Shown: in pieces, positions 52,905-63,100 of the stretch
Layout: every line of letters starts with the position of its first letter
How positions within the stretch are numbered: position 1 is the first letter of the stretch
Assembly (NCBI GenBank): GCA_963765765.1
Contig: CAVXYC010000010.1
Span: 192,001-256,000, forward strand
Origin: an uncultured Chloroflexia bacterium
Lineage (GTDB): Bacteria; Chloroflexota; UBA6077; JACCZL01
Length of the DNA: 64,000 nt
Direction: 5' to 3'
Translations under genes and position numbers: made by a program
Notes under the pieces: model-generated
Told to the model about the DNA's origin: nothing
Databases searched by the model: none
Seen by the model: the letters and a program-made list of their open reading frames with translations, nothing else

Positions 52905-54183
52905 CAACATCGCAACACCAGGGTATCTCTCCCGAGCCTGCGGACTACTTTAGCTGTGTTCACTGCGGACTCTGCTTGGAGCATTGCCCGACGTATCTCC
53001 AGACCGGACTTGAGATGTCTTCGCCCCGAGGCCGAATTCACCTCATCACGGCACTCAATGAGGGACGGATTGATGCCTCCGAAACCTACGCCGAGTCGAT
53101 CGAGCAGTGCCTGGTCTGCCGCGCTTGCGAGGCCGCGTGTCCGTCAGGCGTGCCATTCGGCCGCCTCATGGAGTCCGCGAGAGCCCAGCTCCATGAGCGG
53201 CGCCCGCCAGGGAGAGCTCGTCGGGCGCTGGAATGGCTGGTGTTTAGCCAGCTCATTGGTCACCCACAGCGACTGCTGAACCTGGCCGGTCTACTTCGCG
53301 TTTATCAGCGGAGCGGCTTGCAAAGGTTGATTCAGCGGAGCGGCGTGCTGCAGGCACTTGCTCCGCGCGTGGCTGGACTGGACCAGATGCTTCCGGCGCT
53401 TCCGAAAAAATTCTTCCACCCTAGCCGCGACTTCTTCCGGCGCCGGGGAAGGCTCGAGCAAGAGTCGCATTGTTCACAGGCTGCGTGATGCCGTTACTCT
53501 ACCCCGCGGTTCACTGGGCAACGATTCGAGTCCTCAATCGAAACGGCTGCGATGTTTACGTGCCGGGTGAGCAGGTGTGCTGCGGTGCGCTCAACGTGCA
53601 TTCTGGAGAGCGTGAGCGAGCAAGTGAGATGGCAGTCACCAACGTCGGCGCATTTGCTAACCTGCCAATTGATGCCGTCATCGTGAACGCCGCGGGCTGT
53701 GGCTCAACGCTCAAAGAGTATGGCGATATCCTTCCATCTGGTGATCGTCTGGCAACAAAGGTTCGCGACATCCATGAGTTCCTCATAGAGCTCGGACTTC
53801 GTCAGCCGCTAGGTACAGTCAACCGGACGGTTACCCTCCAGGAGTCGTGCCATCTTGCGCACGCTCAGCGAATCACGGGTCCCCCGCGGCAAATCCTGGA
53901 TGCGATACCGGGACTCTCACTGGTCAACATGGCGCATCCCGACAGATGTTGCGGGAGCGCAGGCAGCTACTCGCTAACTCACACCGAGATGTCGATGAAT
54001 CTCCTGGATCAGCGGATGGACGAGGCCCGCGCAAGTGGCGCCAACACGATCGTCACGGCGAACCCAGGCTGCCTTCTTCAGCTTGCGACCGGTGTGAAAC
54101 GGCACGACCTGTCCATGGATGTCAAGCACATCATCGAGCTGCTCGATGAATCCTACGCCGCCGAGTCGCGCTGGGACTCTTAA
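52895..54183 (+). CDS. glcF: GlcF-like Fe-S subunit (frameshift near 53440)
   Basis: CVHCGLCLEHCPTY, CLVCRACEAACP, two CCG domains, TANPGC. Confidence 0.85.
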
Positions 54184-54187
54184 AGCG

Positions 54188-54253
54188 GTGGGACGGGCTC
54201 TGCACCCGCAAGTGAGGCGCGGTGACCGTGGTGTACGGATACCCGCCCCACCG
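54188..54253. repeat. Degenerate REP-like doublet between convergent genes
   Basis: GGTGGGACGGG.../...CCCGCCCCACC inverted ends. Confidence 0.4.
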
Positions 54254-54262
54254 AGACGTCCA

Positions 54263-55081
54263 CTAGCTTCTGCTGGCACCCTCAGTAAGTCCGCCATCCA
54301 GGCTCTTTACGAGTGACTGAATTTTGGGGAACGTCAGGCCTGGCCGTCGCACTGGGCGATCCGTAACCGGAGCTTCAATGGTGACCGGCTGGTTGTGCTT
54401 TGAATACTGGATTGTCATGTCTATCGTGCCCGGAAGGGCATCTCCGCCTGGCTCAATCGCAGGTACCGTGAAGGCAAAGACAACGCGCTCTTTGTAAAGC
54501 TGGCGATCGTCATTACCCACCCAGACCTCAAGGTTTGCCTTGAGAGACTTGAGCGCATCTCGAACGGTCTGATCGTCATTCGGCGAAAGCTCAGAAAGTG
54601 CTAGAAGGAGCCCCAGGTCGAGCTCGGTTGACCACTTCGTCGTTAGTTTTCCGTTGACTCGCTCCTGACCCTGGACGCTGTACGGTCCCTTGGGCAGCAC
54701 ATCGGAGAGCACGATGGGACCGACGTTCAGCGGCACTTCGGGCGGGATCTCCTGCTCTTCCCATTTGGGATCGAATTTTGAGCGAGCGTAAAACGTGTTG
54801 TTCGCGGTGACCGTTTCCAAAGAGAGCGGTCCGATTTTATACGTGCCCGCGCTCTTGTCCGGTGGTGCGAGGGAGCCCTGACCAGTCACGTCCACGGTGA
54901 TGCCATCAACTTTGAAAAAGCCATTAAGGTCGAACTGGGCTGATCGGAACGGGACAATGTCCGGACCGGACACACCTTTCTGCTCCATGGGGCCCGCAAA
55001 GAGCGTCGCGGGTGCGAGTCCAACAATGGCAATGATCGCAGCGAACACGGCGGCGAGGGGCCAACCTACGAATCGAGACAT
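54263..55081 (-). CDS. Exported protein, possible LppX/LprAFG (LolA-like) fold
   Basis: Signal peptide, beta-rich body, EVWVG and YSKHNQPVTIEAP motifs. Confidence 0.55.
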   Translation of the reverse strand: MSRFVGWPLAAVFAAIIAIVGLAPATLFAGPMEQKGVSGPDIVPFRSAQFDLNGFFKVDGITVDVTGQGSLAPPDKSAGTYKIGPLSLETVTANNTFYARSKFDPKWEEQEIPPEVPLNVGPIVLSDVLPKGPYSVQGQERVNGKLTTKWSTELDLGLLLALSELSPNDDQTVRDALKSLKANLEVWVGNDDRQLYKERVVFAFTVPAIEPGGDALPGTIDMTIQYSKHNQPVTIEAPVTDRPVRRPGLTFPKIQSLVKSLDGGLTEGASRS

Positions 55082-55151
55082 AGACCTCTCCATGGGCTGA
55101 GTGGCGGCCTCGTCCCTGCCGCGGTGCGTGATCTGTGACTGTGTGGCCTGG

Positions 55152-56345
55152 CTAGCCGGCTCGTTCAACGACGCTCGCAATCCCTTGCCCAACGCCGATG
55201 CACATCGTAGCCAGACCGTATCGAACGTCTCGACGCTGCATCTCGTAGAGGAGCGACGTCATGATGCGCGCACCGCTGCAGCCAAGCGGATGCCCAAGTG
55301 CGATAGCGCCGCCATTTACATTGACCCGCTGGTGATCGAGCTCCAGCTCTCGCAGGCATGCGAGTGATTGGGCTGCGAAGGCCTCGTTCAGCTCTACTAG
55401 GTCAATATCGTCAACGTTGAGGCCAGCACGAGCGAGCGCCTTTCGCGTCGCCGGGACAGGACCGATTCCCATATAGGCCGGGTCCACGCCCGCCACAGCC
55501 GCAGTAACTAGGCGCGCCATCGGTGTGAAGCCGAGCTCAGCTGCTTTCTCGGCAGACATCATAAGCAGGGCGCAAGCGCCGTCGTTGATGCCGGCCGAAT
55601 TGCCGGCCGTGACTGTCCCGTTTTTACGGAAGGCCGCGGGTAGCGCTGCCAGCTTTTCCAATGAAGTGTCAGCGCGCGGATGTTCATCGCGATCTACGAT
55701 GAGGGGCTCGCCTCGCCGCTGCGGGACGGCGACAGGGACGATCTGCGTATCGAATGCGCCGTTTCCCTGGGCCGTTACTGCTCGCTGCTGACTATGAAGC
55801 GCGAATGAGTCCTGTTCCTCGCGCGAGATTCCGAACCGCTCGGCGACGTTCTCGGCCGTCTCCCCCATACTGATGGGCTCATACATGGCCGCCATGCGCG
55901 GATTCACCATGCGCCAGCCAAGCGTACTGTCGTAAACGGTCTGATTGCCCCTCGGAAATGCGCCATCACTCTTGGGCATGACAAACGGGGCGCGGGTCAT
56001 GCTTTCCACGCCGCCGGCGATAAAGACGTCGCCTTGTCCCGTCTGAATTGCCTGGGCGGCGCTGTTTATGGCCTGCAGACCCGATCCGCACAGACGATTG
56101 ATGGTCTGCCCCCCGACCTCTTCAGGTAGTCCAGCGAGCAGGAGACTCATCCGCGCGACGTTTCGATTGTCCTCACCAGCTTGATTGGCGCAGCCGACGA
56201 GCACGTCTTCGATCAGTGTGGGATCAACGCCAGTACGGTCGAGAAGGGCTCGAAGAGCCGTAGCGAGGAGGTGGTCCGGCGACATCTTTGAGGGCGCCGC
56301 CGTGGCGGCCGATCGGCGTCCGAACCGCGTCAACAATTACGGCAT
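55152..56345 (-). CDS. Acetyl-CoA C-acyltransferase (thiolase, PcaF/PaaJ-like); frameshift near 56280
   Basis: [50 protein letters not shown]. Confidence 0.92.
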
Positions 56346-56387
56346 CTGGCATGGCGGGCTCATGATATCACCACGTCTAACCTGGGA

Positions 56388-56705
56388 TCAGTGGGCTACG
56401 CCGTTCTCCTCTTCGTCATCGTCGAAGCGTGGGTCGCTATATACCCCGATCTCCTGTCCCTGGTAAACGGTGACCACGAAATCGTCGCGTGGAAGGTCAG
56501 CGCTCCAGACAAGGTCTTCGTCAATCGTCTCGATGAGCTCCATCGTCTCGTCTTCGGGAAGCTGACGTTCTACGATTAGCAGGCCGTACACGATGCTCGA
56601 CGTGAAATGAAGATCAACACGCGCCAGTGGCTCGTCGCCCTGACTGATCAAGTAGGCCTCAGACCGGTCCGTCCGGCAGATGCGATCGTAGTGCAGGCCG
56701 TCCAT
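56388..56705 (-). CDS. Acidic hypothetical protein
   Basis: RBS GAGGGGG before MDGLHYDR; plausible globular sequence. Confidence 0.7.
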   Translation of the reverse strand: MDGLHYDRICRTDRSEAYLISQGDEPLARVDLHFTSSIVYGLLIVERQLPEDETMELIETIDEDLVWSADLPRDDFVVTVYQGQEIGVYSDPRFDDDEEENGVAH

Positions 56706-57120
56706 AGTGTGCGCGCCCCCTCGCAAGCCCGAAAGCGTCCGCGTGAGCCATCGCAAGCTCGGGCCCCACGCTCTGATCATCCTAGCACGCTAGTCGTGGA
56801 TCAAACGCAGTTGAACCAGTTGCTTTCGACCGTTCGCGCGAAGCACCTCAAAAAGCATTCCCGGTTCGCGGTCGATAGGTAGAATTGGAGCATCCGTGGC
56901 ACCGACGCGTAGAATCACATTCGGTGCTACGTTGACAGAAGGCATGCGCCGCTAGGCTTGCTGCATCTCATCACAATCCCACTACAGTCGAATCACTCCA
57001 ACATGCAGCCGTGTGGCAATGCAGCCTCGGAACTAACCTGTTTCGTACCATTGGCAACGGTCAATCGATCTCGGCTGCACGGTTAGCGGCGCTATCGAAA
57101 TATCACGCGACACGGATGTC

Positions 57121-58140
57121 ATGAACGTACTTATCACCGGCGGCGCCGGCTTTATCGGTGCAAATCTGGCGCGCCGATTGTTGCGCCGTGGCGAGTCAGT
57201 AGCCATCTTGGACAACTTTTCGCGTCGTGGATCGCCGAAAAATGTCGAATGGCTGCACAGCGAGTGTGAGAGTCGGCCAGAGATCTTCCAGGGAGACCTC
57301 GCTGATTCAGAGGCTGTCCTGCGAGCGGTAGCTTCGGCCGAGGTGATCTACCATCTCGGTGGCCAGGTAGCTGTCACGACCTCCGTACTTAAGCCGCGTT
57401 TGGATTTCGAAGCCAATGTGCTCGGGACATTCAACGTTCTGGAAGCGGCGCGAGCGAGCGAGCGACAGCCGATCGTGGTTTATGCGTCGACAAATAAGGT
57501 TTACGGCGCACTCGAGTCCGCCGAGGTTGTCGAGGACGAGAAGCGTTACCACTTCAAAATGCTGCCGTACGGCGTTCCGGAGGAATGGCCGCTCGATTTC
57601 CATTCCCCGTATGGATGCTCCAAGGGCGCCGGCGATCAGTATGTACGGGACTACGCGCGTATCTTCGGCCTTCGAACTGTGGTGTTTCGACAGTCGTGCA
57701 TCTTCGGCTACCGGCAGTACGGCATCGAGGATCAGGGCTGGCTGGCCTGGATGGTCATCGCGGCTATCACTGGGCAGCCCATCACAATCTATGGCAATGG
57801 CAAACAGGTGCGCGACATTCTCTTCGTCGAGGACCTTCTGGATGCCTATGATGCGGCTGTCAACCGCATCGACATCGCAGCCGGTCAGGTCTACAACGTT
57901 GGTGGTGGACCGGAGCATTCGCTCTCTGTCTGGGCGGAGTTCGGCCCCATGTTGAGTGAACTGCTCGATTGTCAGATCCCGGTGTCATATGGTCCCACTC
58001 GACCTGGCGATCAGCCGCTCTACGTGTCGGACATACGTAAGGCGAAGCGAGACCTGGGGTGGTCTCCGCAAGTCTCCATGCAGGACGGTTTGGAGAAGCT
58101 AGTCAACTGGGTACGGACGGCGCCCGAGATCGCATCATGA
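57121..58140 (+). CDS. NAD-dependent epimerase, CDP-tyvelose/paratose 2-epimerase-like
   Basis: ITGGAGFIG, QVAVTTS, STNKVYG, SPYGCSKG, RQSCIFG, EDQGW, GKQVRDIL. Confidence 0.88.
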   Translation: MNVLITGGAGFIGANLARRLLRRGESVAILDNFSRRGSPKNVEWLHSECESRPEIFQGDLADSEAVLRAVASAEVIYHLGGQVAVTTSVLKPRLDFEANVLGTFNVLEAARASERQPIVVYASTNKVYGALESAEVVEDEKRYHFKMLPYGVPEEWPLDFHSPYGCSKGAGDQYVRDYARIFGLRTVVFRQSCIFGYRQYGIEDQGWLAWMVIAAITGQPITIYGNGKQVRDILFVEDLLDAYDAAVNRIDIAAGQVYNVGGGPEHSLSVWAEFGPMLSELLDCQIPVSYGPTRPGDQPLYVSDIRKAKRDLGWSPQVSMQDGLEKLVNWVRTAPEIAS

Positions 58141-59330
58141 CGATGCGCATCTTGATGGCCATTACCTACTTCAAACCGTATGTCTCTGGGCTCACAGTGT
58201 ATGCCGAGCGGCTCAGCACGGCATTAGTGGGACAGGGACACAAGGTCACGATTCTCACCTCCCAGTTCGAGCGGGACCTGCCCATGCACGACGATGTATC
58301 AGGGGATACGAATCGTTCGGGTACCGGTCGGCTCGTGCGTGTGAGTAAGGCTGTTCTCATGCCCAGTTACGCCGCGATTGCATCGCGGCTCCTACGTGAG
58401 CATGACGTAGTGAACCTCCACTTACCGCAACCAGAATCCGCCGCACTGGCAGGTATCGCGCGGTACGTCGCGCGTCGCCCGATTGTCGTGACGTATCACT
58501 GCGACCTGACACTTCCCAAGTCGCTGGTCAACCGAGCCATCGACGAGGCAGCTTTCGCGAATAACTGGCTCACCGGCAGACTGGCGGACGCGGTGGTTGC
58601 GTATACCAATGATTACGCCGAGCATTCGCGCTTTCTGTCGCGATTTCCAGACAAACGACGGATCATTCCGCCACCTGTAACGATTCCAACTCCGGATCCC
58701 GCCGGTGTCGCCGCCCTGCGGTCACGTCTTGCGCTTCAGGATGAAAAGGTAATCGGTTTCGCCGCCCGATTCGCCACGGAGAAGGGCGTAGAAGTTCTGT
58801 TAGACGCCCTGCCGCGGATCCGTGCTGAGCTTGGAGACGTCCGAGTGCTTTTCGCCGGGCCGGATAAAGACGTGATTGGCGAAGCTGATTATCGAGCACG
58901 GCTCAGACCTCGGATCGAGGCGCTCGGCAGCGCCTGGGCATTCCTCGGCACGCTCACTCAGCAGCAGCTCGCTGACTTCTATTCGATCTGCGACGTCACG
59001 GTGCTACCGAGCATCAACTCTACAGAAAGCTTTGGCATGGTCCAGGTGGAGGCTATGGCAACGGGAACTCCCGTCTGTGCCAGCAATCTCCCCGGTGTTC
59101 GCGTCCCGATCCAGACCACCGGGATGGGCGCGGTGGTGACCATCGGCGACTCGCAGAGTCTGGCTCGCGCGGTGATCGAGGTCGTGCGCAATCGCGGTTT
59201 GTACGTACGGCCACGAGAAGAGATACAGGCGCTGTTTAGCCTGGAGCGGACAGTCGCGGAATACACATCTCTGTACGCATCGCTCATCCGAAGCCAAGCC
59301 CCTACAGTTGCTGATGGAGTGGCGGTGTGA
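58137..59330 (+). CDS. Glycosyltransferase family 4
   Basis: EKGVEVLL, ESFGMVQVEAMATGTPV. Confidence 0.92.
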   Translation: MTMRILMAITYFKPYVSGLTVYAERLSTALVGQGHKVTILTSQFERDLPMHDDVSGDTNRSGTGRLVRVSKAVLMPSYAAIASRLLREHDVVNLHLPQPESAALAGIARYVARRPIVVTYHCDLTLPKSLVNRAIDEAAFANNWLTGRLADAVVAYTNDYAEHSRFLSRFPDKRRIIPPPVTIPTPDPAGVAALRSRLALQDEKVIGFAARFATEKGVEVLLDALPRIRAELGDVRVLFAGPDKDVIGEADYRARLRPRIEALGSAWAFLGTLTQQQLADFYSICDVTVLPSINSTESFGMVQVEAMATGTPVCASNLPGVRVPIQTTGMGAVVTIGDSQSLARAVIEVVRNRGLYVRPREEIQALFSLERTVAEYTSLYASLIRSQAPTVADGVAV

Positions 59331-60139
59331 CCCAAGCGACGACTCAGCGACCGCCGAGCCCGGACTTCCTGGCGCAACACCTTCGCGAGGTGCCGCCCTT
59401 CAGGGCGCTCATTCGAGCGATCGAATGTCGGCTGTTCGATGAGCTCGGCGAGCTCCAGCATCCCGTCCTGGACCTCGGATGTGGCGATGGCCATTTTGCT
59501 TCCGTAGCCTTCCGAGAAGCGCTCGACATGGGTATCGATCTGGACGAGCGATCCATCCAGGATGCGCAGCTTCGCAAGGCGCATGGAATAGTCCTGCGCG
59601 GGAGCGCCACCGCAATTCCAGCGGGCGATGGCGCATTTGCAACCGTCGTAAGCAATTGCGTCGTCGAGCACATTCCTGACCTCGCCGGCACGCTCAGCGA
59701 AGTCAAGCGAGTCCTTCGCCCGGGCGGCCTGTTTGCGTTCGGCGTACCGAGTCATCGCTTTGCTGACCTGTTGCTCGGAAGCACGCTGCTGCACGAAGTA
59801 GGACTGGATCGGCTCGGAGATCGTTACGGTCGCTGGTTCAACAAGCATTCGCGACATTTCCACACCTACCATCCAAATACCTGGCTGCGCTTGCTCGATG
59901 CTCACGGATTCGGAGACATTCAGTGGCAGTACTACATGAACGCCGCGGGCCATCGAGCCTTTGACATCGCGCACTACGTCAGCGTTCCAAACCTGGTGGC
60001 TTACAAGCTGACGGGTTCCTGGGTGCCCTGGCAGGTGCCGTCGGTGGAGAAGTGGATCGACCGGTGGCTCCGTCCGTATTACGAGAGCGGGGCGCCCGAT
60101 GATGGCGCATACATCTTCTTCGCATGCCGCAAACACTAG
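59327..60139 (+). CDS. Class I SAM-dependent methyltransferase
   Basis: VLDLGCGDG, VVEHIPD, RVLRPGG. Confidence 0.9.
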   Translation: MTQATTQRPPSPDFLAQHLREVPPFRALIRAIECRLFDELGELQHPVLDLGCGDGHFASVAFREALDMGIDLDERSIQDAQLRKAHGIVLRGSATAIPAGDGAFATVVSNCVVEHIPDLAGTLSEVKRVLRPGGLFAFGVPSHRFADLLLGSTLLHEVGLDRLGDRYGRWFNKHSRHFHTYHPNTWLRLLDAHGFGDIQWQYYMNAAGHRAFDIAHYVSVPNLVAYKLTGSWVPWQVPSVEKWIDRWLRPYYESGAPDDGAYIFFACRKH

Positions 60140-60188
60140 ATCCACCGTTTGATAATCGCATCTCGGCGAGCTTCAACCTTGCATAGGC

Positions 60189-63100
60189 ATGGCTGAGAAC
60201 ATCCTCCAAAATCCGATGCGGCGAACCGAGTCGCGCAGTGAATCTCGGGCACTCAGCCTGCCGCGGATCGATTCCTGGGTGTGGCTCGTGGCAATTCTGC
60301 TGGTTGGCTCTCTGCTTCGGTTCGTCGGGATTGCCTGGGACGAGACGTACCATCTGCACCCGGACGAGCGGTTCATGACGATGGTGGAGACCGCCATCCG
60401 CGTTCCCGAAAATCTCAGCGGCTACTTCAATACCGCCACTTCTACGCTGAGTCCCTACAACAACAACTTCGGCCTGTACGTCTACGGCACGTTTCCGCTG
60501 TACCTCGTCAAGGCAGTCGGTCAGGTGCTGGACAAGGCAGGCTACGATCAGATCAATCTCGTCGGTCGCGCGCTCTCGGCTCTGTTTGACGTGGGGACGA
60601 TTGCCGCGACTGCGCTCGTTGGGCGACGTCTGTACGGAGCCGCGGTGGGGCTCGTCGCGGGCGGGCTATATGCGCTGATGGCGCTGCCGATTCAGCAGGC
60701 ACATTTCTTCACGGTAGACAGTTACGCGTCGTTCTTCGCAGTCCTGGCTGCCTATCTCGCAATCCGGATCGGGGAAAGCAATAGTCGCTGGGACTACCTG
60801 GCTCTGGGCGCGGTTGTTGGGTTTGGCATCGCTTGCAAGATCAGCATGTTCGTGCTTGGGGGATTCGCTGCCCTGGGCGCCATTATCGTGCTCTATAGAG
60901 CCTACGAGCGCGAGAGAGTGATTAGCGCATCCCTTGTCGAGTCGATTGCAGTTCGCCTCTTGTTATCTGGAATTGTCGCTATCCTCACCTTCCGGGTCCT
61001 CCAACCGATCGCGTTCCAGGGTCCCACGATTCTGAACTTCACCCCAAACGAGCAGTGGCTCGCGAATATGGCGGAGGTGCGCGGACTACAGAGCGGCGAG
61101 CGTGATTTTCCACCCGGCCATCAGTGGACGGATCGACCCGCAATCTGGTTTCCCTGGTCCAACATGGTGCTCTGGGGAATGGGCCTGCCACTGGGTTTAG
61201 CGGCGTGGATCGGCTGGGCCTTCGCGGCCTTCGAGCTGATTCGCAGGCGCAAGATCGAGCACTTCATCCCGGTCGTCTTTATCGGCATCGTGTTCCTCTT
61301 TCAGGGAACGCAGTGGGTAAAGTCCATGCGCTACTTCCTCCACATCTATCCCTTCCTCGCGATGACGGCGGCCTATCTGCTGCATCGGATGTGGATGGCG
61401 GGTCGGGTCAACGGCGCCGTTGGACAAATTAGTACGGTATCGCGAGCGATCGTCCTTGGCATCGTGGGCTTAACGGCGCTCTATGCCATCGGATTCACTT
61501 CGATTTACACAAGGCCACACTCACGTGTGGACGCTTCACGGTGGATCTACGACAACGTGCCTCGCGGGGCCGCGATTGCCAACGAGCACTGGGACGACCC
61601 ACTTCCGCTCAGGTTGGACGGTCGTGACGGCTTTGGTGGTTACTACCGCGGCCTAATGCTCAACAACTATGACGAAGACACACCGAAAAAGCTGGATGAG
61701 CTCGTGGCGAACCTTGTCCAGGCCGACTATCTCGTGCTCTCCAGCAATCGGCTGTACGACTCTATTCCGCGGTTGCCGATGCGCTATCCCATGACGACGC
61801 GATACTACGAGCTTCTCTTCGCAGAACAGATCGGCTTCCATCGCGTGGCGGAGTTCACTTCCTATCCCAGTATTCTGGGCATCTCGTTGCCAGATCAAAG
61901 CGCAGAAGAAGCCTGGAGCGTCTACGACCATCCAAAGGTCACCATTTTTCAGAAGACTTCCGACTTTGACCGTGCCCGTGTTCTCGCTCAGCTAGGGGGT
62001 GGTATCGACTGGGACGGGATTCTTCGACTCCGACCTGACCAGGCGACCAAAGTAAAGACAGGTCTGATGCTCAGCCCGAGTGATCAGACAACCTATCAGG
62101 CAAGCGGTACGTGGCGAGAGCTTTTCTCAACTGAAGGCATCAGTAATCGATTTCCTCTCGTCGCCTGGTGGCTAGCCATTCAGGTGGTGGGATTGGCCGC
62201 CCTGCCGATCATCATGGTCGCTTGCCGATCCCTGGTTGACCGCGGCTGGGCTATCGCCAAGCCACTGGGGCTTTTGCTGGTGGCGTGGTTGGCATGGATG
62301 GCGGCCAGCCTACACCTGGCGGAATTCGGACCGAGCCTGGTCTTCGCGTCGCTCGGGGTTGTTGCGATCGTCTCGTCGCTTGTGCTCGCTGCGCGTGGAC
62401 GAGACGTTCCGTCCATCCTGCGAGCTCGCTGGAGAATCATCGCACTGGAGGAAGCGCTCTTCACGGTCGCCTTCCTTGGGTTCGTTGCGGTCCGAGCGGC
62501 CAATCCAGATATCTGGCATCCGGTGATGGGCGGCGAGAAGCCGATGGACTTCGCCTATTTGAATGCCGTGATCAAGTCCGCCTACTTTCCTCCGTACGAT
62601 CCCTGGTTCGCGGGCGGCTTTATCAATTATTACTACTTCGGATTCGTCCTGGTGGCGGGGCTTGTCCACCTCACCGGGGTGGTACCCGGGGTCGCCTACA
62701 ACCTGGCCGTTCCGACGTTTTTTGCGGCGACGCTGGTCGGAGCATTCGCGGTGGCGCTCAATCTCGTTCAACGACTTCCGGGGACCACTGGGCGAAGCTC
62801 AATCAACGTGGAGCCCACGAGTCGAGCGGCAGTTCTTGCCGGGGTAGCCGCCTCACTTGGAGTTGCCGTCATGGGCAACCTTGGCGAGCTGCAGCTCTTG
62901 CTCAAGGGCCTTCACGACATTGGTCGAACGGTTATTCAGCTCCCGTTTCTCACCGAGGTCTTACGGGTGACAGACGGTCTCCGGATGGTTATCGGCGGGG
63001 GTAAAACCCTGCCCTTCCGCACGGAGTGGTGGTACTGGAATGCGACCCGGGTGATCGATCACCCGCAGGGTGAAGCGGTTCCAATCACGGAGTTCCCTTA

